Below, in pieces: positions 29,013 to 32,000 of a stretch of DNA of 32,000 nt (positions are counted from its first letter, which is position 1; the number at the start of each line of letters is the position of its first letter). Below the pieces are notes generated by a model. The model had not been told where the DNA came from, did not search any database, and saw only the letters and a program-made list of their open reading frames with translations. The DNA is from Raphidiopsis brookii D9 (GTDB lineage: Bacteria > Cyanobacteriota > Cyanobacteriia > Cyanobacteriales > Nostocaceae), in the NCBI GenBank assembly GCA_000175855.1, contig ACYB01000038.1, forward strand, positions 30,001 to 62,000. Direction: 5' to 3'. The translations under genes were made by a program, and so were the position numbers.

Positions 29013-29963
29013 TTATTTTGTTAACTCCGTTAGAGGTGCGCCAAGAGGGGTTTTATACCAATTCTTCTGATAAACGGGTAAACGTGGTAGTAGAGTCCAT
29101 CCACCAGATAGCAAAACTTCCCTAAGTCTATTTACTTCCCGATGAGGATAATCAGGATTAACTTCATCCTTAGGACCAATTCCTCCCAAATCCCTAGCTC
29201 CCGCATCCAAACAAGCCAATAACCAGTTTTCCTCGGGAACTAAATTGGGGGGAATTTGAATGGTGATATCCGATGGTAAAATCTCCCGCGCTTGAGCTAT
29301 GACCCCGGGTAGCTGATAAGGATCAAAAGCGACTTCATCAAAAGTTTGTTGAGATCCTGGACTATGGGGTTGTAAAATAACTTCTTGTATGTTTTGATAT
29401 TTTAAATGTAAGTCAGCAATAGCCATGAGGGTTTGTCGTCTATCATCCTCATTTTCACCTATTCCTAATAATAAACCAGTAGTAAAGGGAATTTGTAATT
29501 CTCCGGCCCATTGTAAATGTTGTAACCGTAATTCTGGAATTTTACTAGGTGCATGACGGTGAACAGTATGTAATAGTTTAGGGGTTAACTGCTCCAACAT
29601 TAACCCCATGGAAGCATTAACACTTTTGAGCTTTTGCATTTCTGAAAAACTGAGAATTCCAGCATTAGTATGGGGTAGAAACCCCATGGAAAGAGCTAGG
29701 AGACATAGGTCATAAATCAGTTCCAACCATTCCTGACGTCTAGATGATGAAGAGTGAACTTCACCGCTGAGAATTAGGATTTCACAAACACCTTGACCTT
29801 TGAGGGAAAGTAAAATTTTCTCTGCTTGCTCTAAGGTCATCCAAGGACGGGAACCTATATCAGAGCGAAAGTTGCAATAGGTGCACCTATTAAAACACTC
29901 GTATGTAGGAACAAGAGTGTATGCAGGGCTATAAGTGACTATCTGGTTGAGGAGTGGTAACAT
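29013..29963 (-). CDS. cofG: 7,8-didemethyl-8-hydroxy-5-deazariboflavin synthase subunit CofG (radical SAM)
   Basis: YTLVPTYECFNRCTYCNFRSDIG (CxxxCxxC), MLEQLTPKLLHTVHRHAPSK, TTGLLLGIGENEDDR, ARDLGGIGPKDEVNPDYPHR. Confidence 0.92.
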   Translation of the reverse strand: MLPLLNQIVTYSPAYTLVPTYECFNRCTYCNFRSDIGSRPWMTLEQAEKILLSLKGQGVCEILILSGEVHSSSSRRQEWLELIYDLCLLALSMGFLPHTNAGILSFSEMQKLKSVNASMGLMLEQLTPKLLHTVHRHAPSKIPELRLQHLQWAGELQIPFTTGLLLGIGENEDDRRQTLMAIADLHLKYQNIQEVILQPHSPGSQQTFDEVAFDPYQLPGVIAQAREILPSDITIQIPPNLVPEENWLLACLDAGARDLGGIGPKDEVNPDYPHREVNRLREVLLSGGWTLLPRLPVYQKNWYKTPLGAPLTELTK

Positions 29964-30188
29964 TATGAGAAATCACCAGAAAATGGTGTAAAGTCTGTAA
30001 TACTTAATATATATGGGTTTTTACGTCTGGATATCAAAATATAAAGAAATTTTAGTAGAGTATCTTTACAGGTATTATAAAGATGATACTGTTGGTTGGG
30101 AAATGATTATTTTTGGTAGCAAATGCATGTAATTTTCCCACATAAGCAACACTACTAGAAAATTTGACAATTCACTGACGCATTCAAT

Positions 30189-31421
30189 ATGTTAAACAAA
30201 ATACGTAATCTTTTTAGTAAATTTTTCAATAATACTGGAACGCTTAATCGAGAACCCCTAAATAAGGCAAGCTTGATAGTTATTATCATAATAGACGTTT
30301 TTATTCTAATCAATGTATTTACAGGATTGGACAGTATTGGTAGATGGCATCTTAGCCCTGACGACACTTATCCCTGTTATAACGAATGGAAAGGTTATCA
30401 AGAGCAAACCTCAGCAACTAAAGATTATGGAATAATTACTAATTCATTAATAGAAAATAATCAGCCCAACTTTAACACCCAATATAAACAGCAAGAACAA
30501 GGAAGATTGGGGAAAGTGTCAGAAATATGCCTGACCTATGGGCTATTAAAAGACAATTTAAATAGTGTTCAAAATCGGCAAGTTTTACAAACCATTAATC
30601 AGACTCAAGAAAAAATCAATGGGTTGGAGCAACAAAATGCCAACATTCGTAGTCAATACGATTCCACCCTTTTGGAAAAAATAGCTCGTCAACCTGATGG
30701 CAAGTCTATCAACCAAGTAAAAGCTGAGGAAGCTAGACAAAACCTAGATAGGAATACCAGGCAAATTGCCCAACTTAAAGAGGAAAATAAAAAGAGTAAA
30801 AATCAGCTACTCAACCAACCAGCAAGTGTCAAGTTTCTCTCGGTTTTGCAGGATAAAACCCAATTTTATAACTTAGTTAATGGCTATAAAACAGCGTCAT
30901 TTTGGTATCCCAGCATTCAAGTAACCCTGCAAGCTATATTCCTACTACCTTTAATTTTCATCGCTTCATTTATTTATGGTAAGTCACAACGCCAAGGGTA
31001 TGGATTAGTATCTCTAATTAGCTGGCATTTGCTAGTTATATTTGTGATTCCCCTAGTTATCAAAGTTTTGGAGTTTCTGCAAGTTGGTGTCGTATTTAAA
31101 TTCTTACTGGATATTATCAGTAACTTATTAGGAGGTTTACTATTCTTAGTTAGTTATGTTTATATTATAGTGATTCCCCTACTTGGTTTTGCGATTATAA
31201 AGTTGTTGCAAAGGAATGTAGTTTTTAATAGCAAAATTCAAGCTGGTAAAAGAGTACAGAACTCCCAGTGCATCAACTGTGGAAGAACCCTCAGGTCTCG
31301 TGAGGCCCATTGTCCCCATTGTGGTTATTACCAGTATGTGGAATGTCACCATTGCCATAACTTGACCTATAAGAAGTTACCCTATTGTTATCATTGTGGT
31401 ACTGAGCAAATTTCTCTATGA
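30189..31421 (+). CDS. Multi-pass membrane protein with coiled coil and C-terminal double zinc ribbon
   Basis: 410 aa; N-terminal TM, extended Q/N-rich coiled coil (INQTQEKINGLEQQNANIR), several TMs, then CINCGRTLRSREAHCPHCGYYQYVECHHCHNLTYKKLPYCYHCG. Confidence 0.8.
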   Translation: MLNKIRNLFSKFFNNTGTLNREPLNKASLIVIIIIDVFILINVFTGLDSIGRWHLSPDDTYPCYNEWKGYQEQTSATKDYGIITNSLIENNQPNFNTQYKQQEQGRLGKVSEICLTYGLLKDNLNSVQNRQVLQTINQTQEKINGLEQQNANIRSQYDSTLLEKIARQPDGKSINQVKAEEARQNLDRNTRQIAQLKEENKKSKNQLLNQPASVKFLSVLQDKTQFYNLVNGYKTASFWYPSIQVTLQAIFLLPLIFIASFIYGKSQRQGYGLVSLISWHLLVIFVIPLVIKVLEFLQVGVVFKFLLDIISNLLGGLLFLVSYVYIIVIPLLGFAIIKLLQRNVVFNSKIQAGKRVQNSQCINCGRTLRSREAHCPHCGYYQYVECHHCHNLTYKKLPYCYHCGTEQISL

Positions 31422-32000
31422 CTGAATCCCTATTGAATATTCAAAATCTTTGTGTAGCTTATCCCCAAGATTATGACCAAGCTCCAATCTGGGCGGTTAA
31501 TGATGTATCCTTTAGTCTAAAACCAGGAGAAAAGATTGGTTTGGTGGGTGAGTCTGGTTGTGGTAAATCTACTATTGGTCGGGCAATTATGCGATTATTG
31601 CCTGACCATAGTCGGGTTCAAGGTCAAGTAAATTTTCGTGAGAGTTTAGTATTAGATTTAACTCCTGCTCAAATGCGACAGTTTCGAGGTGAAGCGGTAG
31701 CTTTGGTGTTTCAAGATCCCATGACCCGATTAGACCCATTAATGACTATTAGTGAACACTGTTTGGAAACCTTGGCTGCACATTCACCACAACTGACTAA
31801 AAAACAAGCTAAGGAAAGAGTTTTAGCCACCTTAGAAAAGGTAAAAATTCCTGGAAGTCGTTGGAGTCAGTACCCCCATGAGTTTAGTGGAGGAATGCGT
31901 CAAAGAGTGGCTATTGCTTTAGCTTTGTTGCTCAATCCCAAGTTAATTATTGCGGATGAACCAACAACCAGTTTAGACGTAACTGTTTCTGCCCAGATTT
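31418..32000 (+). CDS. Oligopeptide/dipeptide ABC transporter ATP-binding protein (partial, runs off the window)
   Basis: ATG at 31418, not in the supplied track: MTESLLNIQNLCVAYPQDYDQAPIWAVNDVSFSLKPGEKIGLVGESGCGKSTIGRAIMRLL...ALVFQDPMTRLDPLMTI...SQYPHEFSGGMRQRVAIALALLLNPKLIIADEPTTSLDVTVSAQI. Confidence 0.93.
   Translation, partial: MTESLLNIQNLCVAYPQDYDQAPIWAVNDVSFSLKPGEKIGLVGESGCGKSTIGRAIMRLLPDHSRVQGQVNFRESLVLDLTPAQMRQFRGEAVALVFQDPMTRLDPLMTISEHCLETLAAHSPQLTKKQAKERVLATLEKVKIPGSRWSQYPHEFSGGMRQRVAIALALLLNPKLIIADEPTTSLDVTVSAQI

Overview
This 32 kb window looks like filamentous cyanobacterial chromosome. The basis is GCGATCGC (HIP1) octamers, psbY, pilMNO and typical cyanobacterial gene neighbours; Nostocales, possibly Raphidiopsis/Cylindrospermopsis, is an inference only. 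Most of it is ordinary housekeeping: MlaE-type permease, TolC-family protein, pgl, zinc ribbon/FHA protein, M50-like peptidase, gamma-carbonic anhydrase-like protein, psbY, folC, sugar-ABC binding protein, pilM/N/O, YrdC/Sua5, mazG, tRNA-Val(UAC), cofG, and the start of an oligopeptide ABC ATPase gene. Accessory or notable content: (1) a CyRepA1-like plasmid replication initiator/helicase gene broken by two 1-nt frameshifts in homopolymers, with a third frameshift of the same kind in a DUF2227-like gene; (2) a DgcN/DgcA-like overlapping gene pair next to a Rieske oxygenase; (3) an AAA ATPase with a C-terminal PD-(D/E)XK-like motif; (4) a run of five small, same-strand, signal-peptide-bearing Asn/Gln-rich proteins, one with curlin-like spacing, which is the best candidate for an undescribed system; (5) a ~115 bp dispersed inverted repeat (21927-22039 and 27137-27253); (6) a long intergenic hairpin at 19924-19980. 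No CRISPR array, rRNA or intact transposase was seen. All family calls come from reading the sequence by eye; no database search was run.
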